A program made the position numbers and the translations under genes. DNA of 64,000 nt from Alphaproteobacteria bacterium (GTDB lineage Bacteria; Pseudomonadota; Alphaproteobacteria; UBA828): positions 664,221-728,220 of the forward strand of contig CBDEUP010000007.1 in NCBI GenBank assembly GCA_965243315.1. Reading direction: 5' to 3'. The notes beneath the pieces were generated by a model. It saw only the letters and a list, made by a program, of their open reading frames with translations, did not search any database and was not told the origin of the DNA. This document shows, piece by piece, positions 37,571 through 47,871 of this stretch; position 1 is the first letter of the stretch, and each line of letters opens with the position of its first letter.

Positions 37571-37731
37571 CCAGGGTGCTCGTCAGCGTCCGCGCCTCAA
37601 TTAGGCGTCGCGTACCGCCAGGGTCAACCGTCTTTGGCCCGGAATTTTCGTCGCAGCTAAGGCGAGCCTGTCTGGCGGCCCGCGGGCGCGCCCGCTACAC
37701 TCGACGTCCATCCATGGCGGGAGGATTCGGG

Positions 37732-38442
37732 ATGACGGCGGAGCTATCACGCGACGAGGAAGTCAGGCGGGCGCTCGAGACGATCTTCGCCGCCGATTCG
37801 GAGATTTATCAGACGCGGGGCTTCCAGCGCCGCATCGGGTTTGGAACCCGGCCGGCGCTCCTGATCATCGACCTGGCGAACGCCTGGACCCGGCCGGGAC
37901 ACAATTTCACGTGCGACAACATGGAAGTGATCATCCCCACCAACCAGCAGCTGCTGGCCGCCGCACGTGAGAAGAACATCCCCGTGATCTACACGACGAC
38001 GGCCTATCAGGACCCGACCGGGCCGCACGCTGACACCGGCCTCTGGCACATGAAGATCCCGGTCGAGACCCTGCGGGAAGGCTCGCTGGAGGCGCAGATC
38101 GACGAGCGCATCGAGCCGATGCCGGAGCGCGGCGAGCAGGTGATCGTGAAGAAGCGGGCGAGCGCCTTCCACGGCACTTATCTCGCGGGCTACCTCCGCG
38201 CCCAGCGGGTGGACACGGTGATCATCACCGGTGTCACCATGGCCGGCTGCGTGCGCCACTCCGCCGAAGACGCGATCGCCGAGGGCTTCCGCCCCATCGT
38301 CGTGCGGGAAGGCGTGGGCGACCGGGTGCCGGGAGTCGTCGAATGGAATCTGTTCGATATCGACGCCAAGTTCGGCGACGTCGAGCCGGCTGAGCGTGTC
38401 CTCGCCTATCTCAACGATCTAGAGGCCTTCAGTAACGAATAG
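37732..38442 (+). CDS. isochorismatase-family cysteine hydrolase (CSHase/RutB/BiuH-like amidohydrolase)
   Basis: 236 aa from the ATG preceded by GGAGG. Isochorismatase-family catalytic triad context (LLIIDLANAW ... KKRASAFHGT ... ITGVTMAGCVRHSAEDA). Confidence 0.75.
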   Translation: MTAELSRDEEVRRALETIFAADSEIYQTRGFQRRIGFGTRPALLIIDLANAWTRPGHNFTCDNMEVIIPTNQQLLAAAREKNIPVIYTTTAYQDPTGPHADTGLWHMKIPVETLREGSLEAQIDERIEPMPERGEQVIVKKRASAFHGTYLAGYLRAQRVDTVIITGVTMAGCVRHSAEDAIAEGFRPIVVREGVGDRVPGVVEWNLFDIDAKFGDVEPAERVLAYLNDLEAFSNE

Positions 38443-38460
38443 GAGGCAGGAGAGCTCGTC

Positions 38461-39885
38461 ATGGCCGCCGCTGACCTCGACCTATGCTACATGAGCGCGC
38501 TCGACGCGCTCGACGCTTTCAAGGCGCGGACGCTGTCGCCGGTCGAGCTGATGAAGGCGGTGATCGCCCGCTGCGAGGCGGTCAACCCGGCGCTCAACCT
38601 CGTCACCTACAGCTATTTCGAGCGTGCTCTGGAGCAGGCGAAGGCGGCCGAGACGCGTTATGGCAAGACCGACGGCCGGCTGCGCATGCTCGAAGGGCTG
38701 CCCTTCGCGAGCAAGGACTATCACGACATCAAGGGCGAGATCACCACGATCGGCTCCAAGATTATGGAGCACAACCGCCCCGATCATACGTATCCGGTGA
38801 CCGAGCGCCTCATGCGCGCCGGCGCGATCCTCCACATCCGTACCACGACGCCTGAGTTCGGCTACGCGGGCACGAGCCACAGCCCGCTCTGGGGCGTGAG
38901 CCGCAATCCCTGGAACACCGATTACACGCCGGGCGGATCCTCGGGAGGCAGCGGTGGCGCGGTGGCCGCAGGCATGACCACGATCGCGGACGGCGGCGAC
39001 GGTGGCGGGTCGATCCGCATCCCGGCCTCGGTCAACGGCATCTTTGGTTTCAAGCCGCCCTACGGTCGCAACCCGAACGATACCACCGCGCCCCACGCCT
39101 TCCTGGTGCAGATCGGCGTGCTGTCCCGCACGGTTGCGGAATCCGCCCTGCTCCAAAACATTGTCTCAGGCCCGCACAAGGCGGACATCAACTCCCTAAG
39201 GACGCGGGTTCGCCTGCCGCTCACCTACGAGGGCATCAAGGGCTGGCGCATCGCCTACTCGCCGGATCTCGGCTACGTCGAGGTCGACGAGGAAGTGCAG
39301 GAGAACACGCGGAAGGCCGTGGACGTCTTCCGCAATCTCGGTTGTGAGGTGGACGAGGTCGACCTCGGCTGGACCTCGGGCGTGCTGAACCAGTATCTGC
39401 GGCTGTTCGAGGTCTTCTTCGCCAGTGGTCTTCAGGACTTTCTCCCCGAATGGCGCTTCGAGATGGACCCGAAGGTGGTCGATCTGGTGGAGAAGGGGAA
39501 GCGCGTCAGCGGCGTCGAATTCGAGCGCGTCAGCCGAACACGGGGTTGGATGTACCAGAGGCTTGCGCCGATCCTCGAGCGCTATGACGTCATGATCTGC
39601 CCGACTCTCGCGGTGCCGGCGGTCAAGGCCGACCACACCAACATGGACCCCGGCTTCACCATCAACGGCAAGCCGGTCGAGCCGCATCTGGGCTGGCTGC
39701 TCACCTACCCGTTCAACATGATGAACCAGTGCCCGGTCGCAAGCGTGCCGACCGGATTCGCACGAAACGGCGTTCCCACCGGCCTACAGATCGTCGGCCG
39801 CACCTACGACGATGCGCGTGTATTTCGCGCGGCTGCGGCCTTCGAGGCGGCGACGAATTGGAGCCGGCACCGCCCCTCGCTTTAG
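38461..39885 (+). CDS. amidase (amidase-signature family)
   Basis: 474 aa. The amidase-signature Gly/Ser-rich motif GGSSGGSGGAVAAG and the conserved catalytic-lysine context (LPFASKD) and serine context (GGGSIRIPAS). Confidence 0.85.
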   Translation: MAAADLDLCYMSALDALDAFKARTLSPVELMKAVIARCEAVNPALNLVTYSYFERALEQAKAAETRYGKTDGRLRMLEGLPFASKDYHDIKGEITTIGSKIMEHNRPDHTYPVTERLMRAGAILHIRTTTPEFGYAGTSHSPLWGVSRNPWNTDYTPGGSSGGSGGAVAAGMTTIADGGDGGGSIRIPASVNGIFGFKPPYGRNPNDTTAPHAFLVQIGVLSRTVAESALLQNIVSGPHKADINSLRTRVRLPLTYEGIKGWRIAYSPDLGYVEVDEEVQENTRKAVDVFRNLGCEVDEVDLGWTSGVLNQYLRLFEVFFASGLQDFLPEWRFEMDPKVVDLVEKGKRVSGVEFERVSRTRGWMYQRLAPILERYDVMICPTLAVPAVKADHTNMDPGFTINGKPVEPHLGWLLTYPFNMMNQCPVASVPTGFARNGVPTGLQIVGRTYDDARVFRAAAAFEAATNWSRHRPSL

Positions 39886-39902
39886 ACCCGGAGCAACCCG
39901 CA

Positions 39903-41330
39903 ATGGACAGAGGCTTGTGGAGCCGCAGTGCGGTCGAGCTCGCCGCAATGATTCGCTCCCGCGAGGTGTCGTGCGTGGAGGTGACGCAGTCGGTGCTGGG
40001 CCGCATTGCTCAGCACAACGAGCGCATCAACGCGATCGTTGCCGACTGCTCCGAGGAGGCGTTGCGCGCCGCCGAACTGAAGGACCGTGAGGCCCGCGAC
40101 GGCGCCGCCCTCGGGCCGCTGCACGGAGTCCCGGTCACCATCAAGGAGAACATCGACGTCGCCGGACAAGCGACCACGAACGGCCTGCCGGCCTATGCCG
40201 ACGTCATCGCGCCGGACCACTCCCCGGTCACGCGCAACCTGCTCGACGCCGGCGCGATCATCGTGGGGCGCACCAATACGCCGGAACTCTCGATGCGCGC
40301 GACCACGGACAACCCGCTGCGCGGCCGCACCCTCAATCCTTGGAACGCCGACGCGTCTCCGGGCGGGTCTTCCGGCGGGGCGTCGGCCGCAGCGGCGATG
40401 GGGTTCGGGCCGATTCACCACGGCAACGACATTGGTGGATCACTGCGCTTCCCATCATTCGCGTGTGGGTTGGCGACGGTGAAACCGACCCAGGGGCGGG
40501 TGCCCGCGTACAACCCGAGTGCTGCAGCCGAGCGGGGCCTCCTGGCGCAGCTCAGCTCCGTCCAGGGTTCCATCTGCCGCGAGGTGCGGGACGTAAGGCT
40601 CGCCACGCGGGTGCTCGCGGGGGGCGATGCGCGCGATCCCTGGTGGGTGCCGGTGCCGTTCGAGGGGCCCACGCTCGATTCCCCGATCAAGGTTGCGGTC
40701 ACGTGCGAGCCCCACGCCTATCCGATCGAGCCGCAGATCATCGCCGGCATCGAGCGGGCGGCAGAGGTGCTGAGCGACGCGGGTTACGCGGTGGAGCGCG
40801 TGGCGACGCCCTCGATCATGAAGCCCGCGCAGGCGTGGTTCGACGTGCTCGCGAGCGAGATCGTGCACTTTCTGGGTCCCATCGCGCGCGAGCACGGTAG
40901 TGAAACCATCCGGACAATCTTCGAGGACTACCAGCGCGTCGGAACACCGGTCGATGCGGCCGGATACCGCCAGGGCATCGCCGATCGCACCGCGCTGACG
41001 CGCGAATGGAACGTCTTTCTCGACCGGTATCCGCTGGTGCTCTGCCCGTTCCTAATGCGCTCGATGTATCCGTGGGACCACGACGCGCACGGGTTCGAGC
41101 AGGTGAAGGACCTCTTCATGGCCGCCATCTACAGCACCGGCGTCAACTACCTCGGCCTGCCGGCGGGCGTGGTGCCCATCGGGTTCGCGGACGGACTGCC
41201 GGCGGGTGTGCAGATCATCGGCCGCAGGTATCGCGAGGACCTGATCCTCGACGCGATGGAGGCGATCGAAGCCTCGGTCGGAATTCTCGCGCACACTTTG
41301 TGGGACCGAGAAGACGACGCGCCGTCGTGA
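39903..41330 (+). CDS. amidase (amidase-signature family), second paralogue
   Basis: 475 aa from the internal ATG. GGSSGGASAAAAMG amidase-signature motif, VTIKENIDV catalytic-lysine context, GGSLRFPS serine context. Confidence 0.85.
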   Translation: MDRGLWSRSAVELAAMIRSREVSCVEVTQSVLGRIAQHNERINAIVADCSEEALRAAELKDREARDGAALGPLHGVPVTIKENIDVAGQATTNGLPAYADVIAPDHSPVTRNLLDAGAIIVGRTNTPELSMRATTDNPLRGRTLNPWNADASPGGSSGGASAAAAMGFGPIHHGNDIGGSLRFPSFACGLATVKPTQGRVPAYNPSAAAERGLLAQLSSVQGSICREVRDVRLATRVLAGGDARDPWWVPVPFEGPTLDSPIKVAVTCEPHAYPIEPQIIAGIERAAEVLSDAGYAVERVATPSIMKPAQAWFDVLASEIVHFLGPIAREHGSETIRTIFEDYQRVGTPVDAAGYRQGIADRTALTREWNVFLDRYPLVLCPFLMRSMYPWDHDAHGFEQVKDLFMAAIYSTGVNYLGLPAGVVPIGFADGLPAGVQIIGRRYREDLILDAMEAIEASVGILAHTLWDREDDAPS

Positions 41331-41479
41331 GCCGGCGCGGCCGCCCGCTCGGTGTGGAGCACTAACTCTCCACCGCTAACGCCCGGAATTCATGCCGCGA
41401 ATTTGATCTGCGCAGCGCCTGTGGTCGGTGCCGCTATCGGCACGCACCCGTTCCGGCGCACGACCCGCTATAATGAGCC

Positions 41480-42604
41480 ATGCCTCGCTACCAGCGTTAC
41501 CTGCTGCGCCAGCTTACAGGCCCCTTCCTGCTCGTTACGGTGGGGCTGACCGCGGTCGTTTGGCTATCGCAGTCGCTGCGCATCATCGACCTGATCGTCA
41601 ACAAGGGTCTGTCGTTCAGCGCCTTCCTGCTGATGAGCATGCTGGTGCTGCCCACGTTCCTGAGCGCGATCCTGCCGATCGCATTCTTCTGCGCGCTGCT
41701 CTTCGTCTACAACAAGCTCACGATCGACAGCGAGCTGGTCAGCCTGCGCGCCGCCGGCGTGAGTCAGTGGTCGCTGGCGAAGCCCGCGCTGGTGATGGCC
41801 ACAATTGTCGTCGTCATCTCATACGCGATCATCATGTACGTGATGCCGGTCAGCCACAGGGAGTTCAAGGAGCGGCAGTTCGTCCTGCGCAGCGATCACT
41901 CGGCGCTTCTCCTGGAGGAAGGCACCTTCAACACGCTGACCGAAGGCGTCACCGTCTACATCCGCGGGCGTGAGGGCGCTACGCTCAACGGCATCCTCGT
42001 GCACGATGCCCGGGAGCAGGAACGGCCGGTCACGATGATGGCCGAGCAGGGCATTCTGGTGCAGACCGACGAGGGACCGCGCTTCATCCTCATCAACGGC
42101 CACCGGCAGCGGATCGACAGGGATACCTCGAAACTCTCGCTGCTCAATTTCGAACGCTACACGATAGACCTCGGCGATTTCGTCCAACGCGGAGGCGAGC
42201 GCTGGCGCGGACCACGAGAGCGGTTCATCGACGAACTCCTTGACCCCGCAAGCGAGGGGGCGGAGCGGCTGCGGGGCAAGTTCCTCTCCGAAGCGCACAA
42301 CCGCATCGTCTCGCCGCTGTTCGGCTATGCACTTGCCGCCATCGGGCTCGCAGCGCTGCTCTCCGGCAACGTCGACCGGCGTGGCCAGTGGCGCCGCATC
42401 CTCGTGGCGATTGCAGCAGGGGTCATGCTCGAGGCCGTGGCCCTCTTCCTGGTCAACGCGACCGCCAAGAACAGCAGTCTCATCCCATTCATGTATCTCA
42501 ACCCGGTGCTCATGATCGCAGCGGCGATGATCGTGCTGCGCGGCCGCTTACCGCGCTTCCTCGGCGGCCGCCCTGCGGCGGCTGAACCGGGCGCACAGGG
42601 GTAG
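41480..42604 (+). CDS. lptF: LPS export ABC transporter permease LptF
   Basis: 374 aa. The YjgP/YjgQ family N-terminus MPRYQRYLLRQLTGPFLL. Six transmembrane helices with a periplasmic beta-jellyroll insert. Confidence 0.85.
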   Translation: MPRYQRYLLRQLTGPFLLVTVGLTAVVWLSQSLRIIDLIVNKGLSFSAFLLMSMLVLPTFLSAILPIAFFCALLFVYNKLTIDSELVSLRAAGVSQWSLAKPALVMATIVVVISYAIIMYVMPVSHREFKERQFVLRSDHSALLLEEGTFNTLTEGVTVYIRGREGATLNGILVHDAREQERPVTMMAEQGILVQTDEGPRFILINGHRQRIDRDTSKLSLLNFERYTIDLGDFVQRGGERWRGPRERFIDELLDPASEGAERLRGKFLSEAHNRIVSPLFGYALAAIGLAALLSGNVDRRGQWRRILVAIAAGVMLEAVALFLVNATAKNSSLIPFMYLNPVLMIAAAMIVLRGRLPRFLGGRPAAAEPGAQG

Positions 42605-42615
42605 GAGCCAGGGCG

Positions 42616-43710
42616 GTGCGCCTCTCATCCACCCTCTCGCTCTACATGGGCAGGCATTACCTGCAGAGCGTCGCGCTCGTGTTCCTGCTCGTCATGCTGA
42701 CCATCCTCATTGCCGACACGATCGAGCTGCTGCGCCGCGCCTCGGGGCCCGACAAGACGGCGACGATTGAAACCGTCCTTCAGATGGCATCGCTGCACAT
42801 CCCCTTCATGGCGCAGAAGGCGCTGCCCTTCATCGTGCTCGTCGGCGGCATCGTGACCTTCGCGAAGATGACGCGGAGCCGCGAGCTCGTGGTGGCGCGT
42901 GCGGCGGGCGTCTCGGTCTGGCAATTCCTGCTGCCTGCGCTCGTCATCGCGGCGCTGCTCGGCGGCCTCTTCATGACGGTCGTCAACCCGCTCGCCTCGG
43001 CCACGACGGCGCGCTTCGAACAGATGGACGCGACCCATTTGCGCGGCAAGTCGAGCCTCATGGAGCTTTCCAAGTCCGGCATCTGGCTCAGGCAGGGCGA
43101 TTCGGAGAGCCAATCGGTGGTTCACGCCGCGCGCATCGATCAGGAAACGATGACGCTCTACGACGCGATAATTTTCAATTACGCGAAGGAGGATCAGTTC
43201 GTCGGGCGGATCGACGCAGCCGAAGCCCGGCTGGAAGACGGGTATTGGAACCTGCAGGATGCCCTCTTCAGCGCGCCGGACGAGCCGGCCCGGCATCGCG
43301 CAACTGCTCGCGTGCCGACCGACCTTACCCTGGAACGAATCCAGAATAGCTTCTCGCCGCCAGAGACCCTGTCCTTCTGGGCGTTGCCCGGTTTCGTGAA
43401 GGTGTTGGACGAGTCCGGCTTCTCTTCGGTGAAGCACCGACTGCACTGGCATTCGCTTCTCTCCGTCCCCCTCCTCCTTTGTGCGATGGTTTTGATTGCG
43501 GCGACCTTTTCGCTCCGTTTCACGCGGCGGGGCACCTGGGTGCTTGTCTTGGCCGGACTGCTCACGGGCTTTCTCCTCTACTTCATCTCGGACCTGGTGC
43601 TCGCCCTCGGTCTTTCCGGCAAGCTGCCGCCGGTGCTCGCTGCGTGGACCCCGGCGGGAATCTTCACGTTGCTCGGCGTCGCGGGCCTGTTCCATCTCGA
43701 GGATGGATAG
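42616..43710 (+). CDS. lptG: LPS export ABC transporter permease LptG
   Basis: 364 aa, YjgP/YjgQ family. GTG start with an AGGAG ribosome-binding site 8 nt upstream. Confidence 0.85.
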   Translation: MRLSSTLSLYMGRHYLQSVALVFLLVMLTILIADTIELLRRASGPDKTATIETVLQMASLHIPFMAQKALPFIVLVGGIVTFAKMTRSRELVVARAAGVSVWQFLLPALVIAALLGGLFMTVVNPLASATTARFEQMDATHLRGKSSLMELSKSGIWLRQGDSESQSVVHAARIDQETMTLYDAIIFNYAKEDQFVGRIDAAEARLEDGYWNLQDALFSAPDEPARHRATARVPTDLTLERIQNSFSPPETLSFWALPGFVKVLDESGFSSVKHRLHWHSLLSVPLLLCAMVLIAATFSLRFTRRGTWVLVLAGLLTGFLLYFISDLVLALGLSGKLPPVLAAWTPAGIFTLLGVAGLFHLEDG

Positions 43711-43717
43711 CGCCAGC

Positions 43718-45877
43718 ATGATGAAGGCCTTCGCGCCGCTCATTTTCGTGTGTTGCCTGGCCGTTTCCGCGCTGGAGGCGAACGCGCAACAGAGCGACGC
43801 CGCGCCCGGTCTCGGCGACCTGCTGACGGGCGATCTCCTAATGACCGCCGATGAGGTGATCTACGATCAGGCCACCGATACGGTCATCGCCTCCGGCAAT
43901 GTCGAGGTCGCACAGGGTGGGCGGGTGCTGCGTGCCGACAGTATCCATTACCGGCGCCGCGACGATGTGGTGACGGCATCGGGCGACGTCGCCATGCGGG
44001 AGCCAACCGGCGAGGTGATATTCGCTGATTCCGTCGAGCTCACCGGCGACTTGAGAGACGGCGTGATTTACCGTCTGAGTATCCTCTTGACGGACCAGTC
44101 GCGGCTCGTTGCAAGTGGCGCCCGACGCATCGATGGCACTCGCATGGTGATGCAGAGGGCGGTGTATTCGCCTTGCGAACTATGCCCGGACGATCCCGCG
44201 CCGGCACCGCTCTGGCAGCTCAAGGCCGCGCGTGTGATCCATGATCAGGTGGAGCGCTCCATCACCTACCGCGACGCATCGCTCGAGTTCTTCGGTCTGC
44301 CGATCCTGTACACGCCCTATTTCCGTCATCCCGATCCGAGCGTGACCCGCCAGAGCGGGTTCCTGGCCCCGTCCTACAGCAGCTCCACTGCTCTCGGCGC
44401 CGAGGTGACCATTCCCTATTACTGGTCGCTCGCGCCTGACCGAGATGTGACCTTTTCGCCCCGGTTCACCGCCCAAGAAAGTGCCGTGCTGGCCGGCGAG
44501 TACCGCGAGCGCACGCAGGACGGTCAGTTCACCATCGATGCGAGCATCACCCGCGCCCTGACCGCCGACGAGGACGGCAATAGGATCCGGGGACACGTCT
44601 TCGGCCATGGCCGCTTCGACATCGACGAGACCTGGCGATGGGGCTTCGATCTGGAGCGTGCTCTCGATGACACTTATCTGCGGCGTTACGGCATCTCGTC
44701 TAAGGACGATCTGGTCACGACCCTGTTTGCCGAGCGGTTCTACCGCCGCAGCTACCTGTCGGGCGTGGGCTACTTGTTCCAGGACCTCCGGGCGGGAAAG
44801 CAATCCGACCAGAGCCCGATCGTTCTGCCCCTACTCGATGCGCACCTCGTGAGCGCGCCCGACTATGCCGGCGGCTACGCTACGCTCGACGCCAATCTCA
44901 TGATCCTGGAGCGCCTGGACGGAACCGACTCGCGGCGGCTCTCGATTGCCGGCGGCTGGCACCGGCCGATGATCCTGCCGGGTGGCCATCTCTTCCGCAT
45001 CGATGCGAGCCTGCGAGGCGACCTCTATCACGCCTACACCTCGGCCGACCGAGGAGATTCCTACGGCGTCATGAGGAGCGAAACGGCGGGACGGTTCGTA
45101 CCCGAACTCGCCGTCGAGTGGCGCTATCCGCTCATCACGCGGGTCGGCTCCCTGCGGCAGCTCATCGAGCCGATCGTACAGGGCGTCATCAGCCCCGATG
45201 GCAGCAATCCCAACAAGATCCCCAACGAGGACAGTCGGGATCTTGAGTTCGATCACACCAATCTGTTCAGCACCAACCGCCACACCGGTCTCGACCGCAT
45301 CGAGACCGGGCCGCGTGTCAATTACGGTGTGCGCCTCGGCTTCTACGGCCCTGGCGGGGGCCGGGCGACCGCATTGATCGGGCAGAGCGCACGGGCCAAG
45401 GACGATTCGCCGTTCGGGCCAGGCAGCGGCCTCGAAGATCAGATGTCCGACTACGTCGGCCGCATTCTCTTGCAGCCGTCGCCTTGGCTCGATTTTTCCC
45501 TGCGGTTCCGTCTCGACGACCGTGACTTCATTATCAGACGCAACGAAATCGACCTTGCCGCCGGTCCGGAATGGCTGCGCGCCCGGCTCGGCTTCGCCGA
45601 CGTGGTCCGGCCGCCGGAAAACACGATTGGGGACTTCGTTGTCGGCAGAGAGGGGCTCATGGAGTTCGCTGCGAGTCCTTGGGACAACTGGACCCTCTCC
45701 GCCGGGGCCCGCCGCGACCTAAAGGATAACGCTTCCATTAACTGGAACGTGGGTCTCTTCTATGAAGATGAATGTATCGTTATTGGCACGGGTGTATCGC
45801 GCTCCTTCACCCGGGACCGCGACATAGAGCCGGGTACGGTATGGCACATGACCGTCAATCTGAAACACGCGGGCTGA
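43718..45877 (+). CDS. lptD: LPS-assembly outer membrane protein LptD
   Basis: 719 aa from the tandem ATG ATG. Signal peptide, an OstA N-terminal domain, a CELC disulfide motif, and a long C-terminal beta-barrel. Confidence 0.9.
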   Translation: MMKAFAPLIFVCCLAVSALEANAQQSDAAPGLGDLLTGDLLMTADEVIYDQATDTVIASGNVEVAQGGRVLRADSIHYRRRDDVVTASGDVAMREPTGEVIFADSVELTGDLRDGVIYRLSILLTDQSRLVASGARRIDGTRMVMQRAVYSPCELCPDDPAPAPLWQLKAARVIHDQVERSITYRDASLEFFGLPILYTPYFRHPDPSVTRQSGFLAPSYSSSTALGAEVTIPYYWSLAPDRDVTFSPRFTAQESAVLAGEYRERTQDGQFTIDASITRALTADEDGNRIRGHVFGHGRFDIDETWRWGFDLERALDDTYLRRYGISSKDDLVTTLFAERFYRRSYLSGVGYLFQDLRAGKQSDQSPIVLPLLDAHLVSAPDYAGGYATLDANLMILERLDGTDSRRLSIAGGWHRPMILPGGHLFRIDASLRGDLYHAYTSADRGDSYGVMRSETAGRFVPELAVEWRYPLITRVGSLRQLIEPIVQGVISPDGSNPNKIPNEDSRDLEFDHTNLFSTNRHTGLDRIETGPRVNYGVRLGFYGPGGGRATALIGQSARAKDDSPFGPGSGLEDQMSDYVGRILLQPSPWLDFSLRFRLDDRDFIIRRNEIDLAAGPEWLRARLGFADVVRPPENTIGDFVVGREGLMEFAASPWDNWTLSAGARRDLKDNASINWNVGLFYEDECIVIGTGVSRSFTRDRDIEPGTVWHMTVNLKHAG

Positions 45878-45884
45878 GGTAGCC

Positions 45885-46853
45885 ATGAGACTCTTGCCAA
45901 TCGTGCGGCCAGTCCTGCTGCTGCTTGGGCTACTGCCGATCATGCTCGCGCCCGTGGACCGTGCGAGCGGACAGGAGGTGGTTCGGATCGCCGCCGTGGT
46001 AAACAGCGAGGCGATCTCGATCCCCGATCTCGTGCGGCGCATAGACGTCGCCATCGTGTCGTCCCGATTGCAGGTCAGCGACGAGTTGCGCAGGCAGTTG
46101 GCGCCACAGGTGCTTCGCTCGCTCATCGACGAGCGTCTGAAGGTGCAAGAGGCAGAGCGCCTCGGGATTACGGTGAGTGAGGCCGACATGGCGAGCGCGC
46201 GGCGGACCGTCGAGCAACGCAACGGAATCCCGGCCGGCGCGCTCGACGACTTCCTGCGGCGCCAGGGGCTGGACGTCGCCACGGTCGAGGAGCAGCTCCA
46301 CGCAGAGATTCTCTGGTCCAAGCTCGTGCGCCGCCGACTGGGCGCTGCGGTCACGGTCGGCGAGGGCGAGATCGACGAGGCGATCGCCCGGCTCGAAGCC
46401 AATCGGGGACGACCCGAATACCGTGTCGCGGAGATTTTTCTGGCGGTCGAAGCGAGCGAGCAGGAAGGCGAGGTCCGCGCGGCCGCCGCGAGCCTCCACA
46501 GACAACTGACGGGCGGCGCCAGCTTCGCCCAGATCGCCCGCCAGTTCTCACAGAGCGCCACCGCCGCAGTAGGCGGCGACATCGGTTGGGTCGTCGAAGG
46601 GCAGCTCCCGACCGAGATCGAGAGCGTGCTCGAGGGTATGGAACCGGGATCGATCGCTCCACCGGTGCGGGCCTTTGACGGCTACTACATCGTCTCGCTG
46701 GTCGACCGCCGCGCGGTACTCGCGGACGCGCCTGCCGCCGGGCTCGATCGAGAAGCGATCCGGCAGGACATCGCGGGGCGGAGGCTGGAGATGCTCGCGC
46801 GGCGCTACGTGCGCGACCTGCACCGATCGGCGTTCATCGACGTGCGGATTTGA
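45885..46853 (+). CDS. surA: periplasmic chaperone SurA-like protein (SurA N-terminal domain; parvulin domain degenerate)
   Basis: Signal peptide and a SurA N-terminal chaperone domain. Conserved lptD-surA-rsmA gene order. Confidence 0.75.
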   Translation: MRLLPIVRPVLLLLGLLPIMLAPVDRASGQEVVRIAAVVNSEAISIPDLVRRIDVAIVSSRLQVSDELRRQLAPQVLRSLIDERLKVQEAERLGITVSEADMASARRTVEQRNGIPAGALDDFLRRQGLDVATVEEQLHAEILWSKLVRRRLGAAVTVGEGEIDEAIARLEANRGRPEYRVAEIFLAVEASEQEGEVRAAAASLHRQLTGGASFAQIARQFSQSATAAVGGDIGWVVEGQLPTEIESVLEGMEPGSIAPPVRAFDGYYIVSLVDRRAVLADAPAAGLDREAIRQDIAGRRLEMLARRYVRDLHRSAFIDVRI

Positions 46854-47731
46854 ACGGCGAGCACCCCCCTGATGCGGCAGGCGGCGCTGACGACGGGCAC
46901 GACAGCCCATTGCCGCCGCTCTCTGCCGTCATCGCGCGCCACGGCCTGCAGCCCAAGCGGGCGCTTGGTCAACATTTCCTGCTCGATCCCAGCCTGTGCG
47001 GGAGGATTGCGCGGGCAGCCCGGCCCGGCACCTCGGCCGTCGTATTGGAGGTCGGGCCCGGGCCAGGCGGGCTGACCAGGGCGCTGCTCGCGGCCGGCGC
47101 GGCCCGCGTTGTCGCGGTGGAGAAGGACCGCCGCTGCGTGGCCGCGCTCGGCGAGCTCCAGGCGCGCCATCCCGATCGGCTCGAAATCGTCGAGGGCGAC
47201 GCGCTCTCCTTCGATATTGCGATTCTCGGGTCCGCCCGCATCGGGATCGTGGCGAACCTCCCCTACAACGTCGGCACACGGCTGCTGTTGCGATGGCTGG
47301 AGCGGGTCGAACGGATCGAGAGCATGACCCTCATGTTCCAGAAGGAAGTGGCGGTGCGGATCACCGCAACCGGTGGGCGAGACTACGGCGGCCTTTCGGT
47401 GCGCGCGCAGTGGCTCTGCACCTGCGAGCGGCTGTTCGACGTGAGCCGGCGCGCCTTCGTGCCGCCGCCGGGCGTGGTCTCGACGGTGGTGCGCCTGGTG
47501 CCGCGGGCTGCGCCGCTCGCGCTAGCGGAGCCCGACGCCCTCGATGCCGTAACCCGCGCGGCATTCGGCCAGCGCAGAAAAATGCTGCGCCGCGCGCTGC
47601 GCACGCTTACCCCGGATCCGCAGGTGCTGCTTCAGAGCGCCGGCATCGCGCCCGAAGCGCGGGCGGAGACGCTCTCGGTCACCGAATTCTGCGCGCTCGC
47701 GCGCGCTTGGGCGGCGATGCGCAAACCTTGA
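46850..47731 (+). CDS. rsmA: 16S rRNA (adenine1518/1519-N6)-dimethyltransferase RsmA/KsgA
   Basis: LGQHFLLD ... VLEVGPGPGGLT ... NLPYNVGT KsgA motifs. The 5' end is uncertain: a TTG at 46850 overlaps the surA stop, and an alternative TTG lies at 46910. Confidence 0.8.
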   Translation: MNGEHPPDAAGGADDGHDSPLPPLSAVIARHGLQPKRALGQHFLLDPSLCGRIARAARPGTSAVVLEVGPGPGGLTRALLAAGAARVVAVEKDRRCVAALGELQARHPDRLEIVEGDALSFDIAILGSARIGIVANLPYNVGTRLLLRWLERVERIESMTLMFQKEVAVRITATGGRDYGGLSVRAQWLCTCERLFDVSRRAFVPPPGVVSTVVRLVPRAAPLALAEPDALDAVTRAAFGQRRKMLRRALRTLTPDPQVLLQSAGIAPEARAETLSVTEFCALARAWAAMRKP

Positions 47732-47871
47732 CCACGATAAAGAATTCAGGCTAGTCAGCGAGCCATCATGATGCGTTCTGCTCGCGAGCGACGACGAGAC
47801 CGCTGACACCGCGGCGCCATCGGCGCTGCGGCATCACCACCTTGCCCGTCCGTCGTCGAGAGCAGAGCGCC

